Positions 37,741 through 47,538 of a DNA stretch of 64,000 nucleotides are shown piece after piece. Where the stretch lies: contig CAWDLW010000015.1 of NCBI GenBank assembly GCA_963803145.1, positions 192,001 to 256,000 on the forward strand, in the 5' to 3' direction. Every line of letters begins with the position of its first letter. The stretch's first letter is position 1. The notes under the pieces were generated by a model. It had not been told where the DNA came from. It saw only the letters and a program-made list of their open reading frames with translations, and did not search any database. A program made the translations under genes and the position numbers. This stretch comes from Methanotrichaceae archaeon. GTDB taxonomy: Archaea; Halobacteriota; Methanosarcinia; Methanotrichales; Methanotrichaceae.

Positions 37741-38646
37741 CTAGTAGTTTGTGCTACTGTATGCTCCAGTAGTCTGCCCAGTGGTCACACCTCCGACAGT
37801 CTGGCTCTGGGATGTCAGGCTGGATGAAACAGCTGTGCCAGTATAGGGTGTACTGTAGGTTGCGGGTACACCGTAGGCTATGCCCTGTGTGTCACAGACG
37901 CCCACAGGAAGTATCCAGGCATTATAGCCGTACATCCTCAATAAAGTCATTGCCACGGCGGAGTTGATGTCGTTATCGCTTATTACAGCTACCGTCGAGC
38001 CTATAGGAATGCTTGCGATATTATTGGCCAGATTAGCAAGGGGTATTCGAATGACGTTACCGTATCCAACAGGTATGATAGCAGTTCCACTAGGGCTGAC
38101 ATCCAGGACGATGACATTTCCAATGCCTTGAGTTACAATTGTCTGGAAATCGTATATAGGCATAATGAACGCCCTGTATTGCGGATATAGAACTAGGAAA
38201 TTCTCAGCTCTGCTGTTTATGACTGTTCTTTCTTCAGTTGTCAGCTCAGATTTCTGGCTTACAGTATAGTAGTTCCGGACATCTGAGATCGCGGTCTGAT
38301 TGGCATTCTGGTTAAGATTCTGGCTAATGTTCTGATTGGCATTACCACCAGCTGCAAATTGGGTACCGGTCTGGCCTATATTCTGTCCGACATTGCCAGC
38401 GCCGATAGCTATTTGCCTTGCATTTTGATTCAGAGTCTGGTTAGCGGTCGTATTGTTGTGCCCAAAGGCCAGCTGATTGGCTCTCTGGTTTATGTTCTGA
38501 TTGATATTTGCACCGCCAGTCGCCCCAGCGAACTGATTCGCATTTTGTGTGATGCCCTGATTTACTACTTGGGCTGATGCAGTTGCTGCTAGAACAACAG
38601 ATACCATCAGCACTGTTAAGATAATTTTGGTATTCGTATAAAACAC
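37741..38646 (-). CDS. Secreted protein: N/Q-rich repeats plus rhodanese-like domain
   Basis: Signal peptide, five NQxxxQxxxQxA repeats, VIVLDV...IPL..L...VAVI.....SAVAMTLLRMYGYNAWIL. Confidence 0.75.
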   Translation of the reverse strand: MFYTNTKIILTVLMVSVVLAATASAQVVNQGITQNANQFAGATGGANINQNINQRANQLAFGHNNTTANQTLNQNARQIAIGAGNVGQNIGQTGTQFAAGGNANQNISQNLNQNANQTAISDVRNYYTVSQKSELTTEERTVINSRAENFLVLYPQYRAFIMPIYDFQTIVTQGIGNVIVLDVSPSGTAIIPVGYGNVIRIPLANLANNIASIPIGSTVAVISDNDINSAVAMTLLRMYGYNAWILPVGVCDTQGIAYGVPATYSTPYTGTAVSSSLTSQSQTVGGVTTGQTTGAYSSTNY

Positions 38647-38682
38647 CTAAGCAATATGGGAATCTAATCTATTTAAAAATTA

Positions 38683-40584
38683 TTAAACACTCGTATATTT
38701 TTTCAGCACCTTCGCCAGCTCCCCAATCTGCACGGGCTTGCTGATATATTCATCCATTCCCGACTCCAAGCATCGCTCCCTATCGCCTTTAAGAGCATGA
38801 GCAGTGACAGCTATAATCTTCGGTCCACCATCGGGCCAGCGCCTACGTATCTCTTTTGTGGCCTCTATGCCATCCATCTCTGGCATTTGAACATCCATAA
38901 GGATAATATCATAGGGCTGGCGCTCCAGTGCCTGGAGAACCTCCTGGCCATCAGCCACAGGATCGGCTTTATATCCCAGCTTCTTAAGCATGAGCAGAGC
39001 CATCCTTTGATTTACTAGGTTATCTTCTGCCAGGAGTATACGTAAGTCTTTACATGCCTTAGCTTCGCTTAAATATACGATAGAAGGCTTCACTTTCTTG
39101 GAAGGATGATCAGGCACATAAGTAGAAATCGTGAAGTAGAAGATACTGCCCTCACCTTCCTCGCTCTCCGCCCAGATCCTCCCGCCCATGAGTTCCACAA
39201 GTTTCTTGCTTATTGCGAGCCCTAAGCCAGTCCCTCCGTACTTCCGGGAGGTGGACGCATCGGCTTGCGAAAAAGGCTGAAATAATCCGCCAAGGATATC
39301 CCGAGATATGCCTATGCCGGTATCCTTTACAGAGAATAGTATCTCATAGCTTTCGTCCTCGCGCTGATCGGCCTGAATAGAGACCGCTATCTTTCCCTTA
39401 TCTGTAAACTTCACAGCGTTGCTGAGTAAATTGACCAAAACCTGACGTATCCTTGATGCGTCTCCAGCTAAGATCTCTGGGATATATCCAACTTCCTTGA
39501 AGGAGAGTTCTAAACCCTTCTCAGAGCCACATGGAGAGATCAGATCAAGAGACTCCTCAATGCAGGATCGGATGCTGAAGGGCTCACACTCAAGTTCAAG
39601 CTTTTCGACCTCTATTCTGGAGAAGTCAAGGATATCGTTTATTATAGCGAGCAGGGCTTGGCCGCTGTTCCTAATCGTCTCGACAAATTCTTTTTGCTCC
39701 TGATCTAAATTTGTCTCCATGAGAAGGCTGGTCATCCCTATAACTGCGTTCATGGGAGTTCTAATTTCGTGGCTCATGGTTGCCAGAAACTCCGACTTAG
39801 CCCTACCTGCAGCCTCGGCAGATTCCTTGGCCTTAAGGAGTTCTGCCTCCGCTTTCGTACGCTTCTTGATCTCCAGTACAAGCTTAAGATTGATTTTTTC
39901 TAAGCGTTCATTGGCCTTCAACAGATCATCCTCTGTTCTCCTCCGCCCTAATGCCTCAGCCTGTAGTGTCCGATCAGCCTCCTTAAGTTCCTCCGTCCTC
40001 TCCATGAGCCGCTGCTCTAGGGCATCCTTGGCCTCACGGAGTGCCTCATCCATCTGCTTATGCTTTGTGATATCAGTGAATATCAACGCAAGCTGGCTCG
40101 GGGCAGGGCGATAAGCGGATATTTCGCAATCCCTATTGAGCACCGAAGAATGGATTTCAAAATGAATCGGCATGCCTGCAAGAGCAATATTGCCATATAC
40201 TCGGGTCCAATATGGATCGTTATCAGGTAATATTTCGCTCTTAAATTTGCCTACAACATCCTCACGCTTAAGACCTATAATCTGTTCAAATGAGGGATTT
40301 ATATCCAGGAACCTGTAATCATATGGCTGACCTTTTTCATCACATATAATCTCGTGAAGAGCAAAGCCCTCAGCCATTCCATTAAACAGAGACTTATAGC
40401 GCTCCTCTGAATTCTTGAGTATTTTCACAGTTGATGATAAATCTTCCAATCGGGTTCGAAGCTCTTTCAAAACATCTGGCAAGATACCAATAAAGCTGCC
40501 TTGAACATCAGCATCCTTTAGCTTTAAATCATCCATACGCTGGAAGATTTCATCAATCCTCTGTTGGGAAATAGCATCAGTCAT
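38683..40584 (-). CDS. Hybrid PAS histidine kinase/response regulator
   Basis: PAS; [14 protein letters not shown]; [10 protein letters not shown]; DTGIG; GGTGLGL; receiver ILLAEDN/DVQMP/SKP. Confidence 0.95.
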   Translation of the reverse strand: MTDAISQQRIDEIFQRMDDLKLKDADVQGSFIGILPDVLKELRTRLEDLSSTVKILKNSEERYKSLFNGMAEGFALHEIICDEKGQPYDYRFLDINPSFEQIIGLKREDVVGKFKSEILPDNDPYWTRVYGNIALAGMPIHFEIHSSVLNRDCEISAYRPAPSQLALIFTDITKHKQMDEALREAKDALEQRLMERTEELKEADRTLQAEALGRRRTEDDLLKANERLEKINLKLVLEIKKRTKAEAELLKAKESAEAAGRAKSEFLATMSHEIRTPMNAVIGMTSLLMETNLDQEQKEFVETIRNSGQALLAIINDILDFSRIEVEKLELECEPFSIRSCIEESLDLISPCGSEKGLELSFKEVGYIPEILAGDASRIRQVLVNLLSNAVKFTDKGKIAVSIQADQREDESYEILFSVKDTGIGISRDILGGLFQPFSQADASTSRKYGGTGLGLAISKKLVELMGGRIWAESEEGEGSIFYFTISTYVPDHPSKKVKPSIVYLSEAKACKDLRILLAEDNLVNQRMALLMLKKLGYKADPVADGQEVLQALERQPYDIILMDVQMPEMDGIEATKEIRRRWPDGGPKIIAVTAHALKGDRERCLESGMDEYISKPVQIGELAKVLKKYTSV

Positions 40585-40625
40585 ACTATTATCCTGCCAT
40601 GGCCCACATTTCTTAAAATATTATA

Positions 40626-40683
40626 TTTAGTAGTATCTCTACTATTCATAGTTTTTTAGTAGTATCTCTACTATTCATAGTTT
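40626..40683. repeat. Perfect 29-bp tandem duplication upstream of the kinase gene
   Basis: TTTAGTAGTATCTCTACTATTCATAGTTT x2. Confidence 0.9.
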
Positions 40684-40838
40684 ACTACTATTATTCCGGG
40701 ACTAACGACATGGCTTCAATAACTTATCTAGATCAATTCTGTTTATATAAATATGTAGCCGACCAGTTTCGTTGTCATAAATGATAATAAAAAATCTATG
40801 TATACCAGTTTATCTCTTTATGAACAGCTCTACTTTTC

Positions 40839-41690
40839 TCAAAATGGAAAATCTTTACACGAAAACCCAGCTGCTCCTTTATGGCCTCCTCCGCCATATT
40901 TCTTCGCCAAGACAGCACAGTTAACCTCCAGCTTATCGCTATAGAGGGTAATTCCCCAAAACTGACCACGAATATAGCTGTAGGCTATCACGAGGTCGTG
41001 TTTAGCAGGATCATACATGCTCTCGAAGAACTTGGATGAGACATTGCCTACGTTCACTGCTAGCGTTCGAAGACCTTCAAACTGGATCTCATACGCATGG
41101 GAGTGCATATATCTGGCACTTGTCTGTGCGACGTAAGAAAGGATCATTTTGCCTCGGCCAATCGTATTTTCATAAAAGGTACGATCTGCTATGAAGAGAT
41201 TATTCCAAAATTCCCAATTCTTAAGTGGATCAGTGTTTTCTAGCCGCAGTCCGTATTGGAATGGTAATATCTCGTTATCCCATTGGACTTGATCGCTATG
41301 GTCCCAAACATCATAGCGGCCTAAAAGATAGATAAACCTCGGCATCTCAACGTTTGGATATAGGTACTCCCAGGCAAGCTCACATGCTCCTTTGCCTATC
41401 TCTCGTTTTCCAAGTATAGTCTCGCCTGATGCTCCCCAAGCCTCAATAGCACTTATATGGTGATCGATCCAGACCAATTTACAGGATTGATTGAGCCTTA
41501 TCATCTGTTCAAATGGCTGCAGGCCAAAATCCACCACATAGATTGTATCTTCTGGCTCGATAGTCTCCCATGGAAATGGTTGGTTATAATTAATTGGATG
41601 GAGCTCTGCCTCTGGAAAACGGTGCTTGACTATAGCACCCGAGCAGTATCCATCGAAATCTGCTGAATGATAGAAAACATGAAGAGCCAT
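40839..41690 (-). CDS. DHH/DHHA1 phosphoesterase
   Basis: YHSADFDG, VVDF, WIDHH, GGGGHKGAAGF. Confidence 0.9.
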   Translation of the reverse strand: MALHVFYHSADFDGYCSGAIVKHRFPEAELHPINYNQPFPWETIEPEDTIYVVDFGLQPFEQMIRLNQSCKLVWIDHHISAIEAWGASGETILGKREIGKGACELAWEYLYPNVEMPRFIYLLGRYDVWDHSDQVQWDNEILPFQYGLRLENTDPLKNWEFWNNLFIADRTFYENTIGRGKMILSYVAQTSARYMHSHAYEIQFEGLRTLAVNVGNVSSKFFESMYDPAKHDLVIAYSYIRGQFWGITLYSDKLEVNCAVLAKKYGGGGHKGAAGFSCKDFPF

Positions 41691-42397
41691 TACTGTTCCT
41701 TCATAGATTTGCCTATATATATGGCTACAGGCGAATTGCGCCTGTGCATTCACTGATTGCTTCAGGGCGTTCGAAAAAATATATTAGTTTATTCACTAGA
41801 CCATCTTTCAAGCGCATATCCCCATTTTGGAGGGTCTAAGATACGCTATCTTAAAAGGTTTGTCATCTATAACTTGGTCGTTAGCAGCTATTTCCGAACT
41901 CAGAAAAGGGTAAATGGTCTCCGATGCTCGCAGAGGAATTTAATCATCTCTATCGAAACATTTATTACGACTATTGACGTATATGATAAGTGGCAAAAGT
42001 CGATCCTATTCGCCTTGCCTCCTTATTGCTAGTCTCCGTGCCAAGACGTATAATCAGACTTTTGCCTTCCCCAATTCTCATTAATGCTTCCGCATGCCCC
42101 AGCATTTTGATATATTGATATTCCTGCGATCATCATGCTATCTATTGAACACGCTATAATATTTTAGCGTCGGCAGGATGCACTTCGCCAGTTCGTTCTA
42201 ATTTCGGTGATTCTACTTCAAGATTTAAATTGGCTAACTCAAGATAGCATAAGGTCCTAAAGGGCATCCATTAAGATCGGCTGATATTCTTACGATATTG
42301 GATTCGTCAATTGAAAGCAATAATATATATAGTTTAGAGTGAAGAAAATTATAGAAGTAGAGAACCCTAGAAATTGAATCGATAGTAGGAGTGGATT

Positions 42398-43966
42398 ATG
42401 AGAAAACACAAATCCTTTTTGGCCTTATATGTTTTGATTATTTTAGCATGCGCAATGGGTGCTAACGTTCAAGCACAACCGACGACCAGAGTCGAAATCA
42501 GCGATAATTCTTTTCAGCCGGATATAATTTCTATCCCGGCAGGTACAACCGTGATTTGGACGAATGATGATACTACCGATCACACAGTAACCAGTGATGA
42601 CAGCGCATTCCATTCCGGATATATTGCTCCCGGCGGACATTACAGCCGTCTTTTTGACACTCCGGGGGACTATCCCTATCACTGCAATATTCACCCATTT
42701 ATGCGCTCTATGATTCATGTAGAGCCGAAGCCATCGTCTACATCGGCTAATACGCCGAATGCATATCAAAGCGCCGTTTCCACAGAGGCTACTCAGAACT
42801 CGGCCACGCAATACGCTCAATATCCTCAATACGCTCAGAACTATCAGACGAAGATGATTTCAGGAGCCTCATCATATACTCATATAACAAATCCCAAAGA
42901 ATATGATATCCAAAGCAATCCGCCCGCATATTTATATTTCCGCGATCAAGAACAGGCAGTGCCTTACAACCAGTATCAAACCTATGCCGAGCAGGAAGAA
43001 GGCAACTTCTTATGGGTTCAGGGAACCCCTAGCTGGAGCCAATATGCAACAGCTCCGGAAGGGACCTCAGTATCGCTCATTGCATCCACTCCTACAGGAG
43101 GCAATGGTTATCTGTATGAGACATATCCAGATGGCCATACGATCAAGAACTACTATTACTTCTTCCCATACAGCCAGTTAGGCATTAATTTAGATACAGT
43201 TGGTCAGCACAAACTGTTCTTCTCAAAAGACGATCAAATGAGCAACTCAATAGTTATCGATGTGACAGGATCGAATCAATTATCCAATGTGCAGCCAGAA
43301 TATCAGCAGCCGGGTAATCCTCAGCCAAGCTATGTACAGCAGAATTATCAGCAATCAAATTATCAGCAGTCGAATTACCAGCAGTCGACCTATAATTACG
43401 GATCTCAAGGTTATCAGCAGTCTGAAGGCCAGCAGGAAAGCTATAATCTCCAGCCGAAGCCTCAGGCAAAGGAGACACCTACCGAATATAGCTCATTCTT
43501 GGAAGAATCAATGGTGAGACAGGACAGCAATGGTCGGCTAACCAGCGATGGCATCCAGGGGACTGATTTCGATCTGCAGTCTTCAAATGAGAACATTCTT
43601 ACACGGGGGCTGCTCTATGGCGGCACCTCATACATTCTTGTTGCGAACCCGAATAGTGCTTCATATACGGTCACAGTGAATCCCGGGTTAAGCATCTGGA
43701 ATGTGCAGTGTGCCCAGGTCCAATATGGCAACTTGATGATTGCAAAGGCCAATAATTTGCTTCAAATAACAGTTCCGGCACACCAATCAGGCTTGATAAT
43801 CATCCAGCCGCAGAGAAAGAGATATTCCTTCTCAATCGGACCCAAGCCAGCTTATAGCATCAGTGTAGGACCGAAACCTGCATACAGCTTTAGTGCAGGA
43901 CCCAAACCAGCATATAGCTTTAGAGCTGGTCCAACGCCGCAATACAGTTTCAGAGCCGGATATTAG
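42398..43966 (+). CDS. Secreted cupredoxin (plastocyanin-like) fused to Q/Y-rich region and C-terminal decapeptide repeats
   Basis: GTTVIWTNDD..DHTVT, YHCNIHPFM copper loop; signal peptide. Confidence 0.85.
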   Translation: MRKHKSFLALYVLIILACAMGANVQAQPTTRVEISDNSFQPDIISIPAGTTVIWTNDDTTDHTVTSDDSAFHSGYIAPGGHYSRLFDTPGDYPYHCNIHPFMRSMIHVEPKPSSTSANTPNAYQSAVSTEATQNSATQYAQYPQYAQNYQTKMISGASSYTHITNPKEYDIQSNPPAYLYFRDQEQAVPYNQYQTYAEQEEGNFLWVQGTPSWSQYATAPEGTSVSLIASTPTGGNGYLYETYPDGHTIKNYYYFFPYSQLGINLDTVGQHKLFFSKDDQMSNSIVIDVTGSNQLSNVQPEYQQPGNPQPSYVQQNYQQSNYQQSNYQQSTYNYGSQGYQQSEGQQESYNLQPKPQAKETPTEYSSFLEESMVRQDSNGRLTSDGIQGTDFDLQSSNENILTRGLLYGGTSYILVANPNSASYTVTVNPGLSIWNVQCAQVQYGNLMIAKANNLLQITVPAHQSGLIIIQPQRKRYSFSIGPKPAYSISVGPKPAYSFSAGPKPAYSFRAGPTPQYSFRAGY

Positions 43967-44077
43967 GCGGCTCTCTCTATTTTATATATACATTTGTACA
44001 GAAGCACATGTAATATTTCTTTGAAGGCTCTTTCTGCATGCAAAAACTTTTTCTTAAGGTATATCTATTATTTAGCT

Positions 44078-45007
44078 ATGATGAAACCGATCAGGGAGTG
44101 GTTTGTAGTTGCTTCTTTAACGTTTATTTTGATAATACCTAGTTTGTTATGTATGCCTGCACTAGGGGAAAAAAATACCGCTAGCTACTGGTTTGAAAAA
44201 GGAAATGATTTTTTGGACAATCGATCTTATGAGAATGCGATCCAAGCATATAATAGTGCTATTGATATGAATCCGCAGTTTACGGGAGCATTGGCCGCTA
44301 AAGGCATTGCCCTTGTAGGCCTGGGCAAATATAACGAGGCTATTGAATGCTTTGATAAGGCGACTACGATAGACCCTGACTACGCTGATGCCTGGAATAA
44401 CAAAGGGCTAGCTCTTGCCAAAGGCTTAGGCAAGTACGATGATGCAGTTTCAGCATGCGATAAGGCTATCAACATCAGTCCACAGGATGCTGACTTCTGG
44501 AACGGCAAAGGCGTTGCCCTTATTGGCCTAGGCAAGTACGATGAAGCAGTCCAGGTTTTCGATAGATCAATCGAACTAGATCCATCGGATGCATCTACCT
44601 GGAAGAATAAAGGCAATGCACTTGATAACCTAGGCAGATATGATGAGGCGATCAAAGCCTATGAAAAGGCCCTCAACATCAATCCGCGAGATGCAGAATC
44701 GTATAGCTATGAAGGCATTACTCTCATGCAGGAGGGTAAATACGATGATGCCATTAAGGCATTTGATAAGGCCATAGATATTAACTCGCAATATGCAGAT
44801 GCCTGGTTCAACAAAGGCAACGCTCTTGGCAGCCAGGGCAAATTTAGTGAAGCCGTGAAGGCATTTGATATGGCTATAAAGCTAAATCCAAAATTCGCGG
44901 AAGCTTGGGACAATAAAGGCCAGGCCCTCAAGGATCTTGGAAATAACTCTGAAGCAGATGCAGCCTTCTCGAAAGCTAAGGAGCTGGGGTACAACAGCAA
45001 TGATTAG
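44078..45007 (+). CDS. Secreted TPR-repeat protein
   Basis: About 8 AWxNKGxAL..LGKYDEA..AFDKAI repeats. Confidence 0.92.
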   Translation: MMKPIREWFVVASLTFILIIPSLLCMPALGEKNTASYWFEKGNDFLDNRSYENAIQAYNSAIDMNPQFTGALAAKGIALVGLGKYNEAIECFDKATTIDPDYADAWNNKGLALAKGLGKYDDAVSACDKAINISPQDADFWNGKGVALIGLGKYDEAVQVFDRSIELDPSDASTWKNKGNALDNLGRYDEAIKAYEKALNINPRDAESYSYEGITLMQEGKYDDAIKAFDKAIDINSQYADAWFNKGNALGSQGKFSEAVKAFDMAIKLNPKFAEAWDNKGQALKDLGNNSEADAAFSKAKELGYNSND

Positions 45008-45045
45008 ACAGTGGTTATAAATAATTTGGAGTTGTAGTAATAATT

Positions 45046-45249
45046 ATGTTCCCTAAAAGAGAACCTGGTCCAGGTCTGCCCAACCTTGGAGATAATCTGA
45101 TCGTCCCCGAACGACCTGAGTTGCCTGAGATAAATCCTCCAATGCCATCTGTGAATCCCTTCAACCCACTCCAGGCATCTCTTGATAGGATCGAGAGAAA
45201 GCTGCAGGAGATTGATAACAGGTTAAAGACAATTGAAAGCAAGCTCTAA
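45046..45249 (+). CDS. Small Pro-rich/coiled-coil protein
   Basis: Pro-rich N-half; LDRIERKLQEIDNRLKTIESKL heptads. Confidence 0.5.
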   Translation: MFPKREPGPGLPNLGDNLIVPERPELPEINPPMPSVNPFNPLQASLDRIERKLQEIDNRLKTIESKL

Positions 45250-45783
45250 TCAAGCAGATTCTTGGTAACATCTCAAATAAATCAATATCAATCTGCCTTA
45301 TACCTTCTTAAAGCGTTTTTTCTTGGCCCAGATCTTGTACAGCAACAAAATAAGCTTCGAATTTAGATGGCATCAGTAGATCAAATTCCTGTATATCCTA
45401 GCCAGATGTGCGCGAACCCTATACAGGCAGCTTACTAATCAAACCCTATTTAGGACTGCACTAAGTATATCCTGTCGCCGAATCTGATTTATTCTCCTTT
45501 TAGGCTCGGATCAAACTCAAATTTCTTGTAGAGGTGCAAGATATACTCAATATAAACTTATTTTATCATAATAACATAGTATAAATAATATCATAATAAC
45601 ATGTAAATATATTGCAATGAAATTAATTAAGTTCACCCTGATATGAGGCGCTAGATACGTGTTTATGAATCAGCATTCAGCTGCATAATAGAATGTAATC
45701 TCCTAAAGTGCTTATCGAAGAGACATGTTTTAATCAAAAATCTTTTAATACTGAAAATCAATCCTTAGATAGGAGGGATCCAC

Positions 45784-46062
45784 ATAGCTGATAAGGAGAT
45801 TAGGAACTTTGCCCTCAGGGATGCTCAAGGCAACGAAATAGGCGTTTTTACTGGTAAATCACCTAGGCAGGCAGCATTGAAGGCTGCAAATAGAGGCTAT
45901 ACAGATATAAGGCTCAGAGAGCGAGGCACGAAGAAGGTTCATCTGTTCGAGGGCGAGAGGGTCCAGGTTGATAAGCCCGCGGGCGCACCTGCCTGGATGC
46001 CAGATAAAATCTGGAAGCCAAAGGTGAAGAAGGTAGGCATTGAAAAACTCGCTGAGGTTTGA
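45784..46062 (+). CDS. Non-histone chromosomal protein MC1 (ATA start)
   Basis: (M)ADKEIRNFALRDAQGNEIGVFTGKSPRQAALKAANRG...IRLRERGTKKVHLFEG...APAWMPDKIWKPKVKKVGIEKL; AGGAGG 7 nt upstream. Confidence 0.95.
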   Translation: MADKEIRNFALRDAQGNEIGVFTGKSPRQAALKAANRGYTDIRLRERGTKKVHLFEGERVQVDKPAGAPAWMPDKIWKPKVKKVGIEKLAEV

Positions 46063-46245
46063 GGTCCTATAATTCCTAAGATTGGATATACATATTGAGG
46101 CTAATGGAGCCTTCTTGACCTCAAAACCCTTAGCCTCTTCTCGATTTTCCTGTTATTACAAAATTATGCTTAAGACGTTTTCTTATATTAGAGAACACTA
46201 CAGGCAAAGCAATTAATCATCCGACTATATCTAAGAGATCGTATG

Positions 46246-47286
46246 CTATTGTTTTCTTCTTAGCCACAGCGTGTAAGGGTAAAAAATGACAGAAAGAACT
46301 TTATCCAGGATTCCTCTATTAGATGTATCACATTTTTCGCTATGCTCCTTTCCCCCAGGCGCTTCGCTTACCAACGATGGCGGCATTCGAGTCCCATCCG
46401 GCGCCTTACGCTCAAACGTGACAAACATAGCATCTTTTTTGGGAACCATTCTAGAGCCCATAGTGTTTGCATAAACCCTTGTAAATTCTGCACCTAATAA
46501 CAGTATATTTGCAGAGTAGAAGATCCAGAGCAGCAGGACCATAAGCGATCCAGCGACGCCATAGACGGACGCTATGGAGCTATAGCCTAAATAAAGACTC
46601 ACAAGATACTTGCCTATAGTAAAGAGTATCGATGTTGCGATTGCTCCGACCCAGCTATCCCTCCAAGAAATATCAATATCAGGGACAATCTTGAAGATCA
46701 CAGCGAAGATAAATGTTATCGCCAGAAATGAGACAATGAAGTTAGTAGTTTGCAGTTCTGTGTAACTTCTCATTATGCTTTCAAAGTGTGCATTCAAGAT
46801 AGCCAGACCTGTGCTTATAATCAACGAAATCAGCAGAAGAAAACCCAGCCCAAGAACCAGCAGGAATGAAAAAATACGATCGCGGACGATGCCTATGATG
46901 CCTCGACCCGACCTTGGCTTAACATCCCAGATAGTATTTAACGCATCCTGGAGTTGGCCGAAGATTCCAGTTGCCCCGACGATTAGAGCTGCAATACCAA
47001 TAATTGTTGCAAATGGACCTCCTCCTGATTTGCCTGCATTCTCTATTATGACCTGTATTGCCTGAGCGCTCTGCTCGCCGACAAGACCGCGGATCTGAGC
47101 GACTATATGCCCTTTGGCGGCCTCCTGGCCAAAGGCTATGCCCGCTATGCCTATTACTATCACAAGCAGTGGGGCAAGCGAGAATATGGTATAGTAGGCT
47201 AAGGCCGCAGCGAGCCTTAAGGCATTGTCTTCATTCCAATTTGAGAGCGTATCCCTAAACATTCTCAAGATCAGCTTCAGATCCAC
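46246..47286 (-). CDS. YihY/virulence factor BrkB-family membrane protein
   Basis: AAALAYYTIFSLAPL, LQDALNTIW, YGVAGSLMVLLLWIFYS..ILLLGAEF. Confidence 0.92.
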   Translation of the reverse strand: MDLKLILRMFRDTLSNWNEDNALRLAAALAYYTIFSLAPLLVIVIGIAGIAFGQEAAKGHIVAQIRGLVGEQSAQAIQVIIENAGKSGGGPFATIIGIAALIVGATGIFGQLQDALNTIWDVKPRSGRGIIGIVRDRIFSFLLVLGLGFLLLISLIISTGLAILNAHFESIMRSYTELQTTNFIVSFLAITFIFAVIFKIVPDIDISWRDSWVGAIATSILFTIGKYLVSLYLGYSSIASVYGVAGSLMVLLLWIFYSANILLLGAEFTRVYANTMGSRMVPKKDAMFVTFERKAPDGTRMPPSLVSEAPGGKEHSEKCDTSNRGILDKVLSVIFYPYTLWLRRKQ

Positions 47287-47538
47287 GGTTAAACTCCTCT
47301 GTTAAATGCAGCAGGAAATGTTAGGACATGTTATATAATTTGCCGGGCCACTATAGGCCTCCCAGCTAGACCTCTTAAATAGAGAGGAATTTATGCTCAT
47401 ATGTCCAAATGGACCAAATCTCTATGGAAGGCTTCCAAGCCCGTAGTTTAAAATCAGAAGGGGAAAAGGATATATGGCGGCCCACTGCAGAGGATTTGCA
47501 AAGCAGGGCATATTGTCCAGGAATCGCCTTGCGGAGAC

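Noticed and set aside
40626-40683. Possible CRISPR repeat
   Set aside because: Two abutting copies with no spacer and no cas genes; no CRISPR array seen in the window
45564-45602. 14-bp direct repeat TATCATAATAACAT upstream of MC1
   Set aside because: Very AT-rich context; cannot be distinguished from chance without comparative data
47352-47390. preQ1-I riboswitch-like string (CCAGCTAGACCTCTTAAATAG) upstream of tgt
   Set aside because: No 5' AGAGG strand or UUC loop to form P1; CCTCT pairs with the downstream AGAGG as a plain hairpin
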